A stretch of DNA of 64,000 bases from Ignavibacteriota bacterium (GTDB lineage: Bacteria > Bacteroidota > Ignavibacteria > UBA10030 > UBA6906). The stretch lies in NCBI GenBank assembly GCA_963801355.1, contig CAWDEM010000004.1, forward strand, positions 576,001 to 640,000, in the 5' to 3' direction. The notes beneath the pieces are model-generated. The model ran no database searches, was not told the origin of the DNA, and saw nothing but the letters and a program-made list of their open reading frames with translations. A program made the position numbers and the translations under genes. Below, piece by piece: positions 28,847 through 38,700 of the stretch (the first letter of the stretch is position 1; every line of letters starts with the position of its first letter).

Positions 28847-29569
28847 TCACCACTTCCGGCGTTCGAGGGAAACCGTGGCGAGATACAGCGAGAGACCGAG
28901 CAACGATCCAAAGTAGATGATGTTGCGGGAATCAATGACACCACGGGCGATATTGGAAAAATGAAAATCGATAGCGAGATATTCCAGTGTCGATGCAAGG
29001 GTTTCCGGCACGTACATCAACACCTTATCCAGCAGGAAGAGTGCCAGGATGATCAGGAAGCTGATGATGAAGGCGACGATCTGGTTTTCCGTCAGGCTGG
29101 ATGCAAAGAGACCGATGGCAATGTACACCCCGCCCATGAGGAAGAGGCCGAGGTATCCGGTGAAGACGGGGCCAAGATCCAGGGAACCCAGGAGGCCGAC
29201 GGTGACCGCGTAGAGCAATGTCGGAGCCAGCGCAGCTGCGAGCAACACCCATGCGGCAAAAAACTTGCCCAGAATGATCTCACTATCCCGCACCGGTTTT
29301 GTTGTGAGGAGCTCCAGCGTTCCTGTTTTTTTCTCCTCCGCCAGCAATCGCATGGTGATTGCCGGTATGAAGAAGAGGAACACGAGAGGGACCAGTTCGA
29401 ACACCACGCGCATCGAAGCGATGTTCATCAGAAACAGATTACTGGTGAAGAACCATCCGATGATAGCGAGAAAGACGATGATGACAACATACGCCACCGG
29501 CGAGTTGAAATACGATCGCACCTCCCGGCGGAAAATCGGCCCAACGTTTGGCAAACCGAAGGCATGCAT
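28847..29569 (-). CDS. gldF: GldF-family ABC-2 permease
   Basis: YFNSPVAY, PAITMRLLAEEKKTGTLELL and SSLTENQIVA. Confidence 0.87.
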   Translation of the reverse strand: MHAFGLPNVGPIFRREVRSYFNSPVAYVVIIVFLAIIGWFFTSNLFLMNIASMRVVFELVPLVFLFFIPAITMRLLAEEKKTGTLELLTTKPVRDSEIILGKFFAAWVLLAAALAPTLLYAVTVGLLGSLDLGPVFTGYLGLFLMGGVYIAIGLFASSLTENQIVAFIISFLIILALFLLDKVLMYVPETLASTLEYLAIDFHFSNIARGVIDSRNIIYFGSLLGLSLYLATVSLERRKW

Positions 29570-29584
29570 AGCATATCCTGCTGC

Positions 29585-30529
29585 TTACTGAGTGGTCAGT
29601 TTATGGAAGACTTCTTCAAGGGTAGTGACCTTCCGGTGCATCTCCAGCAGTGTCCAGCCGTGGTGCACCACGAGGCGGAAAGCTTCTTCGCGGACATCGG
29701 ATCCTTTTTCCGCATGGATCTCGAATTTGCTGACACCCGCCGCGTGACCGAGCAGCGTAACGCTTGTCACGGCGTTCAGCGTGCGGAGGTGAGGGGCGAT
29801 TTCCTGTACGGGATCGGTGACGCCGGTCCTGATCTCGAGCGTCACACTCTCGGCGCCATGGAATTCCTGCTGCAGTTGCTCCGGTGAACCGTCGGCCACC
29901 ATGCGGCCGTCGTTAATGATCAATACGCGGTCACACGTTGCCTGCACTTCGGAGAGGATGTGTGTCGAGAGAATGACCGTCTTCGCGCGGCCCAGATGTT
30001 TGATGAGGTTCCGGATTTCCACAATCTGGTTCGGATCCAGACCGCTGGTCGGTTCGTCCAGGATCAAGACATCCGGCTCATGGATCATTGCCTGAGCGAG
30101 TCCCACGCGCTGGCGGAATCCCTTTGACATCTCGCCGATGTCTTTGTGGCGGACGGGTTCCAGTCCGCACACATGCACCATCTCGCGGATGCGCTGTGTG
30201 GCGGGACCGCCGCGCAGTCCATGCAGCTGAGCGGAATACTCGAGGTAGTCCAGCACATTCATATCGTGATACAGAGGGTTCATTTCCGGCAGATAGCCGA
30301 TCTTCTTCCGAACCTCGAGGGAGTGGTGAAAGATGTCGAAGCCGTCCACCTCAACAACACCGGTGGTGGGAGGCATGTAACAGGTGATGATTTTCATGGT
30401 TGTGGTCTTCCCCGCGCCGTTGGGCCCGAGAAATCCCAGAATTTCACCTGTCTTCACCTCGAACGAAATGTCGTTCACAGCCGTCTGTTCACCATACTTC
30501 TTGGTGAGGTTCTTGACCGAAATGGCCAT
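29585..30529 (-). CDS. gldA: GldA-family ABC ATP-binding protein
   Basis: GPNGAGKTT, SKGFRQRVG, DEPTSGLDPNQ and STHIL. Confidence 0.88.
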   Translation of the reverse strand: MAISVKNLTKKYGEQTAVNDISFEVKTGEILGFLGPNGAGKTTTMKIITCYMPPTTGVVEVDGFDIFHHSLEVRKKIGYLPEMNPLYHDMNVLDYLEYSAQLHGLRGGPATQRIREMVHVCGLEPVRHKDIGEMSKGFRQRVGLAQAMIHEPDVLILDEPTSGLDPNQIVEIRNLIKHLGRAKTVILSTHILSEVQATCDRVLIINDGRMVADGSPEQLQQEFHGAESVTLEIRTGVTDPVQEIAPHLRTLNAVTSVTLLGHAAGVSKFEIHAEKGSDVREEAFRLVVHHGWTLLEMHRKVTTLEEVFHKLTTQ

Positions 30530-30684
30530 AGGATGTCTGGTTGTTGTTACGGGAATGTGGATCGTCGTTTCAACCCAATGCAATACTAAATTTACGAACC
30601 AGGATGGTTCAAGTCAAGATTTCGTATAATTTGAGGTTGTGCCCGGGTTTTGTTATCATGGTAGTCGTCTGCGCAGAGAACACT

Positions 30685-31068
30685 ATGATTCGCATAAAGA
30701 AAGAAATTATTATCGTCGGTGACCGGGTGCTGCTGAAACTCGACGAAGGCCAGGACAAGACCAAATCGGGCCTCTATCTTCCTGCGTCGGTCAGGGAGAA
30801 GGAGAAAGTAGCGATGGGAAAAGTGGTGAAGGTCGGTCCCGGGTACCCTATTCCCAATCCCAACTACACAGAGGATGAGCCCTGGTCGACGCCGAAAGAG
30901 CCCATGCGCTACATCCCCCTTCAGGCGAAAGACGGGGACTACGCGCTCTTCTTGCGGGAGCAGGGCGTCGAGGTGGAATTTGAGGAGGAAAAGTATCTCA
31001 TCGTCCCCCAATCGGCCGTACTGATGCTTGTGCGTGATGAACTTCATGAAGAACCCGAAGTCCGATAG
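30685..31068 (+). CDS. Orphan GroES/Cpn10-family protein
   Basis: GDRVLL, KTKSGLYLP mobile loop, GKVVKVGPG and EEKYLIV; no adjacent groEL. Confidence 0.85.
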   Translation: MIRIKKEIIIVGDRVLLKLDEGQDKTKSGLYLPASVREKEKVAMGKVVKVGPGYPIPNPNYTEDEPWSTPKEPMRYIPLQAKDGDYALFLREQGVEVEFEEEKYLIVPQSAVLMLVRDELHEEPEVR

Positions 31069-31236
31069 GAGCACTCTTTTCCCCGGATTGAAGTATTTTC
31101 TGTTCAGTGTGAAAAAATGGACAGCCATTCCTCTGAATTCGGCTGAATTTAAACGCCCTTCGAAGTGGCACACAATTGGTAAGGTCTGTTGACGGCGTGT
31201 GAGATGATGTCAGGATATAGGTAATAGAGGTCACGA

Positions 31237-31386
31237 ATGGGCATTCGATGTTATTTTGGACGGATGACGCGGGGGGAAAGGCAGGCTCTTGAGACGATCC
31301 TGCACGAGGAGATCGACGTCCAACTCTGGTGTGCAATAACCTACAGCAGGCTTCTGCGTGAGGAGGTGTTTATCGCAGTCCAGTAG
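31237..31386 (+). CDS. Putative 49-aa small protein (below the ORF-track cutoff)
   Basis: GAGG RBS and ORF MGIRCYFGRMTRGERQALETILHEEIDVQLWCAITYSRLLREEVFIAVQ; fills an otherwise empty 440-bp gap and is followed by a terminator. Confidence 0.5.
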   Translation: MGIRCYFGRMTRGERQALETILHEEIDVQLWCAITYSRLLREEVFIAVQ

Positions 31387-31409
31387 CCCTTTCCTGCCTT
31401 TTCTAAGAA

Positions 31410-31448
31410 GGGAGTCCTCATCTGCGCTGGGGAGGGGCTCTCTTTTTT
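31410..31448 (+). terminator. Putative intrinsic terminator
   Basis: Imperfect stem GGGAGTCCTC...GAGGGGCTCTC followed by TTTTTT. Confidence 0.55.
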
Positions 31449-31449
31449 C

Positions 31450-31478
31450 TTGCGCATATTTCTCGAAACCTGTATTAT
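31450..31478 (+). promoter_or_regulatory. Putative sigma70 promoter for the nitrilase-family gene
   Basis: TTGCGC-N17-TATTAT about 30 nt before ATG 31508. Confidence 0.4.
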
Positions 31479-31507
31479 TGGGGGACTTTCGCGTCGAAGG
31501 ACGAGGG

Positions 31508-32296
31508 ATGAAACTTCATGTAACGATGGTCTACGACGCGCCCCCGCTACAGACGTACAGCCCATCGCCACACGTCCTTATGGTTCCGGAAATGTATGAT
31601 GGAGGGTATGCGGCGCTTGGGCGGGGGGAGGGGGTCCACTCACCCCGCGACGAGTACGTAAAGATGTTCCGGGATTTTTCGCGCCGGGCACACTGCACAT
31701 GCATCGCCGGCTCGATGGCAATCCGCGGCAGGGGCGGGGACATGACGAATACGTCGCTGGTTTTTCGCAACGGCAGGTGTATTCATCGGTATGACAAAAT
31801 TCACCTGTTCCGTCCTGCGGGGGATACGCGGTACTTCCGGGCGGGAAGAGGCAACGCTGTATTCACCGTGACGGTGGGGAAACGCCGGATCCGTGCAGGC
31901 GTTATTATCTGCTACGACTTGCGGTTCCCTGAATTGGTCCGGATGCTTGCGCGTGCCGGGATGCAGGTTCTCTTTGTTCCGGCGCGATGGCCGGTGGTGA
32001 GAGACGACGCATGGCAGACGCTTCTCAAAGCGCGGGCGATCGAGAATCAGATCTTTGTCGTCGGGTGCAACGCGCGGGGGTCGGAGGGCGGATTTTCCTA
32101 CATCTTCGATCCGCTGGGGCGGCTTGTGCTGAGTACCCGTGAGAAACCTGCAGCGCCTTCACATAGTGTCCGGCTGGACTTTGATCTCATCCGCGAAGCA
32201 CACGCCGGTCACAGGAATCTTCATGATGCCACATTCCTGCAAGAGACCCGGTTTCCTTCCCGCTTCGCGCGGCGATCTCTCTTCCGCGATTTATGA
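31508..32296 (+). CDS. Nitrilase-superfamily carbon-nitrogen hydrolase (amidase-like)
   Basis: Glu-Lys-Cys triad in VPEMY, YDKIHLF and ICYDLRFPE; also ARAIENQ. Confidence 0.87.
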   Translation: MKLHVTMVYDAPPLQTYSPSPHVLMVPEMYDGGYAALGRGEGVHSPRDEYVKMFRDFSRRAHCTCIAGSMAIRGRGGDMTNTSLVFRNGRCIHRYDKIHLFRPAGDTRYFRAGRGNAVFTVTVGKRRIRAGVIICYDLRFPELVRMLARAGMQVLFVPARWPVVRDDAWQTLLKARAIENQIFVVGCNARGSEGGFSYIFDPLGRLVLSTREKPAAPSHSVRLDFDLIREAHAGHRNLHDATFLQETRFPSRFARRSLFRDL

Positions 32297-32710
32297 TCGT
32301 TGCTTCGTCCCGTGCCGGGAGGAACGGTACTCTCTGCTTGCAACGGTATGGATTCCCCCTCTCACGCGGTAGTCGGCAACCACCTTCATCCACTTCGGGC
32401 GGGCGCACTTCACGAGATCATCCAGGATTCTGTTGACGAGGTGCTCCTGGTACATTCCGACATTGCGGTAGCTGAACAGGTAATATTTCAGGGACCGGAG
32501 TTCGATAATGGCCTTTGCGGGGGTGTAGTCGATGCGAATGGTGGCGAAATCCGGTAATCCTGAATACGGACAGACCGATGTGAATTCGTCCGTATCAATG
32601 GTGACAACGATGTCCCGTCCCGGATACTCATACGGGAATGTCTCCAGCGCGGAGACATCGATTGTTGACGCGGCGGCCGTGTCGTACCGGCGATCCAGAG
32701 CTTGGACCAT
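32291..32710 (-). CDS. queF: NADPH-dependent preQ0 reductase, type I
   Basis: EFTSVCPYSGLPDFA, QueF motif ELRSLKYYL and RGGI; GGGAG RBS before ATG 32710. Confidence 0.9.
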   Translation of the reverse strand: MVQALDRRYDTAAASTIDVSALETFPYEYPGRDIVVTIDTDEFTSVCPYSGLPDFATIRIDYTPAKAIIELRSLKYYLFSYRNVGMYQEHLVNRILDDLVKCARPKWMKVVADYRVRGGIHTVASREYRSSRHGTKQRS

Positions 32711-32837
32711 ACGCAGAGTCTCCCTTGTCTTTTGTGATATTCCCTCGTAGATTGCCCAATATAGGTGTTTCGGGCGGTAAAGTACAAGCAGCATTCGACT
32801 CGATTCTCTGGTGAGCAGGCACAGGGCAGGAGCGCAC

Positions 32838-33341
32838 ATGAAATCTCTCCTCATGAACTCTCTCATGGGTGGCATCATACTTATTGCGGGATACTTCGCG
32901 GGTTGCGGAGCCGGGACCGACGCCGTGAAACCCGACGGTGTGCTCGGGATGATGGTCAGGAGCCAGCTCCCCGCGGCCTACCAGGCTGCATACGACACGG
33001 TACAGATCGAGAAGGATTTCATTGAGCTGATACGGATAGCAGGGGAAGGGGTGGAGACGAAAGTGTTCCTCGGCACCTGGTGTTCTGACAGCCGTCGCGA
33101 GGTGCCGCGGTTTCTGAAGGTGATGGATCTCGCAGGGGCATCACCTGCCGCCTTCACACTCATTGGTCTTGACAGGAAGATGAAGAGTCCGGGAGGAAGT
33201 GAGGCCCCGTTTCACATTGAGCGCGTGCCGACGTTTGTTTTCCTCAAGCAGGGGAAGGAGATCGGCCGCATCGTCGAAACTCCGCACACCAGCATTGAGG
33301 GTGACATGGTCACCATCCTGGCATCCGGAATGAATCAATAA
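32838..33341 (+). CDS. Thioredoxin-fold lipoprotein (CxxS)
   Basis: Lipobox FAGC, FLGTWCSDS, cis-Pro loop VPTF and EIGRIVE. Confidence 0.8.
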   Translation: MKSLLMNSLMGGIILIAGYFAGCGAGTDAVKPDGVLGMMVRSQLPAAYQAAYDTVQIEKDFIELIRIAGEGVETKVFLGTWCSDSRREVPRFLKVMDLAGASPAAFTLIGLDRKMKSPGGSEAPFHIERVPTFVFLKQGKEIGRIVETPHTSIEGDMVTILASGMNQ

Positions 33342-33368
33342 CGGCCATCGAAGCTCCTTCCGCTCCGG

Positions 33369-33397
33369 TTGACATTCGTCTGTCGTTTGGATATATT
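33369..33397 (+). promoter_or_regulatory. Near-consensus sigma70 promoter
   Basis: TTGACA-N17-TATATT about 60 nt upstream of GTG 33459. Confidence 0.65.
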
Positions 33398-33458
33398 TTC
33401 GGGGCTGTGCCGGGCATCGGCCAGGAAAAGAACCAGTGTTTATGCCGGAAGTGCTACT

Positions 33459-35711
33459 GTGTCCAATGAGTCCGACAAGCAATACGAAGAAGACCGCGAG
33501 CGGCTGCTAGAGGAAATCCGGCGTCGCGCGGAAGAGGCTGAACTGCAGCGCCTTGATGAGGAGGAAAAGGCGATGCAGCAAGACGCGGAGGCCACACCGA
33601 TTTCCGAAGAGTCCTTCACTCCACCGGAAATCGATCTGCCGCTTCCCCCCCTTTCACCGGTTCCACCGCTTTCCCCGCCTCCCCAGTCTTCTCCCCTCCC
33701 GCCCCAGTACCCGCAATCGGAGGGAAAGGAAATATCCCCCCATGAAGCGCTGGAGGAAGCGCGCCGGTTCTATCAAAACGAACGCTACGACAAGGCCCTC
33801 GAGTGGGTTGCGAAGGTATTGACGAACTACCCCGGACTGCGTGAGGCATCGAAGCTTCGAGAAGATATTCTGCGTGCACAAAGCCTGGCTGAAGTTGTCC
33901 GCACGGAGGAGGCCCGTCACCGTGCGACCAAGCTGGAGCCCCTTCCGCCTCCGCCACCTCCCCAGCCTGTCTCTTCCCCCGATCGGCCGGAGAGTGACTT
34001 CTGGGGCCCGACAAAGGTACCTTCGGAAACAGAGGAGCTCATCCCTGCCGTCAAGGAAGCGGGACCATCGAAGCCGCCCCCCCCTCCGCTCGCCGACCGC
34101 GCGGTTGCCAAGTTGTCGCGCGTACACATCCCCATCAAACCGATTCTGATCGCCAGCGCGGCTGTGATCGGAGCAGTGTTGATCTACATTATCATTGACA
34201 GTGTGATTAAAGCGGTCGCCCCTCCGCAACGTGTTCTCCTCGTGCTCCCTGTCGCCCCCGCGACGGCCGACGAGGGGGAACAGCTACTTGCAGACGGACT
34301 GACGGAAGACATCATTCAGACGATCGGTCATGCCCCGGATCTGCGGATCATTGCTCCGGCGTCGGCATTCAACAGCCGGACCCTTTCACAGCGACCCCAG
34401 CCGCTTGCACGCACGCTGAAGGCAGGATTCGTTCTTTCATCAAATATTCAATTGCTCGGGACGACGTTGGTGTGGAAGGCGGCGCTGTTCGATACCCTGG
34501 AGGAAGCCGCGGTCTGGAGAGGGTCTCTCGAGAGTCCGCTCTCCGATTTCTCCTCACGCCGGCTGGAATTGGCGCGGCAGATTGTCGAGGCGATGCAAAT
34601 CGCAGTGCCGTCGGCTGACAATCCTCTGGCGACTGCATCGCGGGCCGTACCGCTGCAAAGTTTTGGCCTCTATCTTCAGGCGCGGGGGCTGACGCGTTCA
34701 GCGGCCCCCAATGCACTTCCCAGGGCCAGGGAGCTGCTGCAACAGGTCGTTCAGGCGGATTCGAACTGGGGGGAAGGCTGGGCTGCTCTCGGGTGGGTTG
34801 CGATGCTTGAGATGGAAAGGACGCCGGGTGTTCCGCGCGCGGAAGCGTTGAACGTGCTGCCCTTCGTCCAGCGTGCAATAGCCCGCGGAGCCCGTGTTGC
34901 GGAGACATTCCGCGCCTGGGGAATGATCGAGACGTTCAGTGCCAATTATCCCAAAGCTATCGAACGATATAGAAATGCGCTCGACCTTTGTCCGGGGGAC
35001 GCCGAAACTCTCCGGCGGCTTGCAAGTATCTTGACGCTGCGGGGAATGAAGGAAGAGGCGCTCCGTGCCGCGTCGGAGGCAGCGCAATGGGATCCGCTTG
35101 ATCCCGAGGCGCTGACGGTACGCGGCCTTGTCCTGCAGTTGTATGGGGATTTCAAGGAAGCCGAACAGAGTTATGCGCGCGCCAAACAGGTTGCTCGCGG
35201 GCGTGCGGAACAGGCGGCGGACCTTCATACCGACTGTCTGGTATACCTGCAGCGTGCCGGTGATGCACTTCTCGCGGCGACCGACATCGCGGCCCGGCGC
35301 CGGGAGGATCCCATCAGTCACTACCGGCTCGGTCGTGTGTCGCAGATCGCCGGCCAGCCAATTCAGGAATGGCAGAATGTCTTCAGACAGACACTCGTAT
35401 TGATTGACCAGAAACTTCGTACCTCACCGGAAGATCCGGCGATGTTGACACTGCAGGCGCTCACGTGCACGCGCCTCGGGCAATTCAAGGATGCCCTTGA
35501 GGCGGATGCCAGGGCGTTACGCTCCGCTCCCAATAATCTCGATGTCTTATACGGCACTGCACGCATGTATGCCCTGCAGCGCGACCAGAAGCAGGCTGCC
35601 GCGTTTCTTTCGCAAGCGGTGGACGCACGCTATGATCTTGGCAGGATAGTGGATATGGATTTTTTCAATGTGAGAGCAGACCAGGATTTTCTCCGCGCAA
35701 TTTCACGCTAG
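33459..35711 (+). CDS. Membrane protein: charged helix, TPR-like unit, Pro-rich linkers, transmembrane helix, TolB-N-like domain and TPR array
   Basis: Transmembrane ILIASAAVIGAVLIYIII, then LLVLP...LADGLTEDII...DLRIIAPASAF and multiple TPRs. Start moved to GTG 33459 because TTG 33369 is the -35 box. Confidence 0.75.
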   Translation: MSNESDKQYEEDRERLLEEIRRRAEEAELQRLDEEEKAMQQDAEATPISEESFTPPEIDLPLPPLSPVPPLSPPPQSSPLPPQYPQSEGKEISPHEALEEARRFYQNERYDKALEWVAKVLTNYPGLREASKLREDILRAQSLAEVVRTEEARHRATKLEPLPPPPPPQPVSSPDRPESDFWGPTKVPSETEELIPAVKEAGPSKPPPPPLADRAVAKLSRVHIPIKPILIASAAVIGAVLIYIIIDSVIKAVAPPQRVLLVLPVAPATADEGEQLLADGLTEDIIQTIGHAPDLRIIAPASAFNSRTLSQRPQPLARTLKAGFVLSSNIQLLGTTLVWKAALFDTLEEAAVWRGSLESPLSDFSSRRLELARQIVEAMQIAVPSADNPLATASRAVPLQSFGLYLQARGLTRSAAPNALPRARELLQQVVQADSNWGEGWAALGWVAMLEMERTPGVPRAEALNVLPFVQRAIARGARVAETFRAWGMIETFSANYPKAIERYRNALDLCPGDAETLRRLASILTLRGMKEEALRAASEAAQWDPLDPEALTVRGLVLQLYGDFKEAEQSYARAKQVARGRAEQAADLHTDCLVYLQRAGDALLAATDIAARRREDPISHYRLGRVSQIAGQPIQEWQNVFRQTLVLIDQKLRTSPEDPAMLTLQALTCTRLGQFKDALEADARALRSAPNNLDVLYGTARMYALQRDQKQAAAFLSQAVDARYDLGRIVDMDFFNVRADQDFLRAISR

Positions 35712-35739
35712 AACAACGGACGACAAAGGACGGCAGAAC

Positions 35740-38700
35740 GTGCCAGAAGTCGACGACGCACAACGACAGGAACGACGTAAGAAGGCCGGTGACCTCCTGA
35801 AGATGGCAGACAAGCTCTTCAAGGGGAGCGACTTCGAGGGTGCAGCGCGATTAGTGCATATGGCGATGGAAACGGATCCGCAAAACGCGTATGCCCTCGC
35901 GTACCAGGAGCGTGTGAAGTATGCCATCGCGCAGCGCGACACTCAGCGACAGGAGGCCGCAAAGGGGGAAAAGTCAGGATCCGCTGAAAGTCCCGCCGTT
36001 GGTGATGCAACAAAGCCCGGTGCCGGACCGCGACCGTCTCCCGAGGAGATCAAGAAAAAGCTCGAACAAGCTCAGAAGAAGATTGCACAGGAGCGGGCCC
36101 GCGCGGAGGCTGCAGGCCAGACGCCGGAGAAACCGCCGGCGCCGGACGTCGCTGTTTCTGAAAAGCCCGGCACGCCGGAGCTGCGGAAAGAGCTCGAGGA
36201 GGCGCTGCAGTACCGCGCCGCCCTGCAAGCGCAGTTGAACGAGGTGCAGCGAGCCCTCGACACCGAGCGTGCACAGTGGAATGCCGACCTGCAACGATTG
36301 CGGAGTGAATGGGAGCAACGGCTGCAGGAAGAGCGCCAGGCTCTCGAACAGAAGCGTGCCGAATCCGAAGCGCAGCTGGAATCCGTCGCCACAACACTCC
36401 GCACGCAATTGGAGGAGGCAATCCACACGCGTGCGACCCAGCAACAGCAGGTCCACGAGTTGCAGGCACTGCTCAATCAGAGCCGCGCCGCTTCGCAGGA
36501 TGAGCTCGCGACGGCACGGAATGTCCTGGAGGACCAGCTGCAGGCATTGCACCAGCAGCTGGAGCAAGCCCGGGAGACCGCGCTTCAGGAACGGCAGCAG
36601 TGGGAAGCCGAACGCACACGGGAAATGGAGAGCACCTCCGCCGGTTGGGAACAACGACTCGCCGAGGAGCAGCGGCGTCTCGCACAGAAGGGCGAAGAGG
36701 CTACACAGCGACTGCATGGGGAGATTGCTGCCTTGCGCAGCGAGCTTGAGGAAACCGCACTCGGTCGCGATGCCGCCCTGCAGAAGGCGGAAGGACTCGA
36801 CGAGAAACTGGCCGAAGCCCAGCGGATACTTGAGGAAGAACGGAAGATCTGGATCGAGGAGCGTGATGGCGAACGCGCAGCCACGGAGACACAGTGGAAT
36901 CAGCGTCTTGCCGATGAAGTGGGCCTCAGGGAAACGGTGGAGGCCGATCTGCGCGGTCAACTGGCTGCGTTGACAGAAAAGTACGACAGCTTGCTGGAAA
37001 GGTTTGATACTCTGCAGCAGCAACACGAGGAGGTTGTCGCACGCTTTGCCGAAGAATCTCTCCGTTGGGAAACCGATCGTGAGAGCCTCCAGCAGGGGAT
37101 GCGTGAGGAGGAAGAACGCAAGCTGGCGGATGAACGCCGGCGTTTCGAGGAGATGCACGCGCAGCGGGTCGAAGCGGACCTTGACGCGTGGGAATCGCGC
37201 CTGAAGGAAGAGCGGATCCAGTGGGAGAATGAGCACAAGGAAGCGGAGCGGGCGCTTCAGGCCCGCCATATCGTGGAACTGTCCGCGGTGAAGGAGGAAT
37301 TGCTGAGTGTTGCCCAGGTCCGCGTCCAGGAGGAATCACAGGCACTTCAGGATCTCCGGCGCAAGCTGGAACAGGAAGCCACACAACGGATCGAAGCCGC
37401 CTCCACGAAGTTCCAGGAGGAACGCCAGCGGATGGAGCTCGAAATGCAGTCGCGCCTCGCTGACGAGACACACCGTCAGGAGGATCTGCGACGCGAGAAG
37501 GATGAACTGCTGACACAGCTTGACGGGCTTCGTGCCACGTCGGAGACCGAACGGCGGCGCATCGAAGAGGAGCTCCAGAACCGGATTCTCACCGAGCGGG
37601 CGAGCGCCGCGGACGAACTCCGGGAGCGGCTTGAAGCACGTTTTGAGCAGGAACGCGAGGCACTGCAACGGTCCATCCGAGCCGGCGTGGAAGCGGAGAT
37701 GCAGGAACGGTTCAGTGAAGAACGGACGGCGTTTGTGCGCGAACAACAGCGCCTTGAAGACGAAGTGCGCCGTCTGGACGACAAGCGCCAGCTCGAGGTG
37801 CAGGAGGGCCAGGCAGCCCGATCGCAGGTTGAGGAATTCCAGCAGCGGCTGGTCGAGGAGCAACACGTTCACGAGAAGCGCAGTCAGGAGGTCCTTGAAG
37901 CCGCCCAGCAGCGATGGAGGATGGAACAGGATCGTCAGATGGAGGAGATGCGGACCAGACTCATCGCGGAGTACGAACGGAAAATCGAAGAGGGGCAGCA
38001 GAGCGCAGAGGAACAACGTAATCGCGATCACTCGGAAGCTCTTGAAGCACGGCGCGAGATTGAAGAGCAATTGCGAAGGGAATTTGAAGCGTCACTGATG
38101 AACCGTCTCAAGGAAGAACGGGAGCGTATCCAGCGGGAGTATCAGGATCGGATCGAAGGGGAGCGTACGCGTGTTGAATCTGAACTCCGCGCCGCATTCG
38201 ACGCCGAGGCCCAGCGTCGGAGTGACGAGGAGGCCCGGCTGGCACGCGAGGATCGGAAGGCCCACGAGGCGGAAGAGCAGGAGCGACGGAAGCAGGAAGA
38301 AGCCCGGAAGTACGAAGAGGCCGTGCGGCAGGCAATTGAGGAAGGCAGACAGAAGGCCCATCTCCGGAAAATCGCCTCGCATATTGAACAGGCCAATGCT
38401 CTCCTCACCAAGGCGCGGTTTGCACAGGCACTGGAAGAGGTTTCACGGGTGTTCGCACTTGACCCGTCCCATGAGGAAGCGCTGGCACTGGAGCACTCCA
38501 TACGGTCGGCGCAAGTAGCGCATGAGCGCCGCAAGGAGACCGCGCACAAGCTGCAGGAAGAGCAAAAGCGCCGGCTTGAAGAGGTGCAGAAACGCCAGAA
38601 GGAACAGGAGCAAAAAGAGCGGCTCCTGCAGAAGGAACGTGCCGCACGGGACGAAACCACCGTCCAGCGCATCGCGCGGGCTGCGGAATACCGCCGCCTG

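Noticed and set aside
28838-29887. Long antisense ORFs (also 9983-11089, 12920-13963, 35974-37269, 39152-40198, 49838-50833, 50870-51982, 53752-54789, 57368-58630)
   Set aside because: They are shadow frames of well-supported genes in high-GC DNA and show no recognisable motifs.
26363-30529. gldAFG as evidence of gliding motility
   Set aside because: The ABC-GldG-DUF4340 cassette is widespread in non-gliding bacteria, and no motor genes are present in the window.
31508-32710. Nitrilase plus QueF as a deazaguanine-modification module
   Set aside because: The genes are convergent with separate promoters, the hydrolase looks like a generic amidase, and no queC/D/E, tgt or dpd genes are nearby.
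32711-32837. preQ1 riboswitch upstream of queF
   Set aside because: I could not find the preQ1 stem-loop consensus with its A-rich tail.
33369-33458. N-terminal extension of the 780-aa ORF from TTG 33369
   Set aside because: That TTG is part of the TTGACA -35 box; GTG 33459 is the more plausible start.
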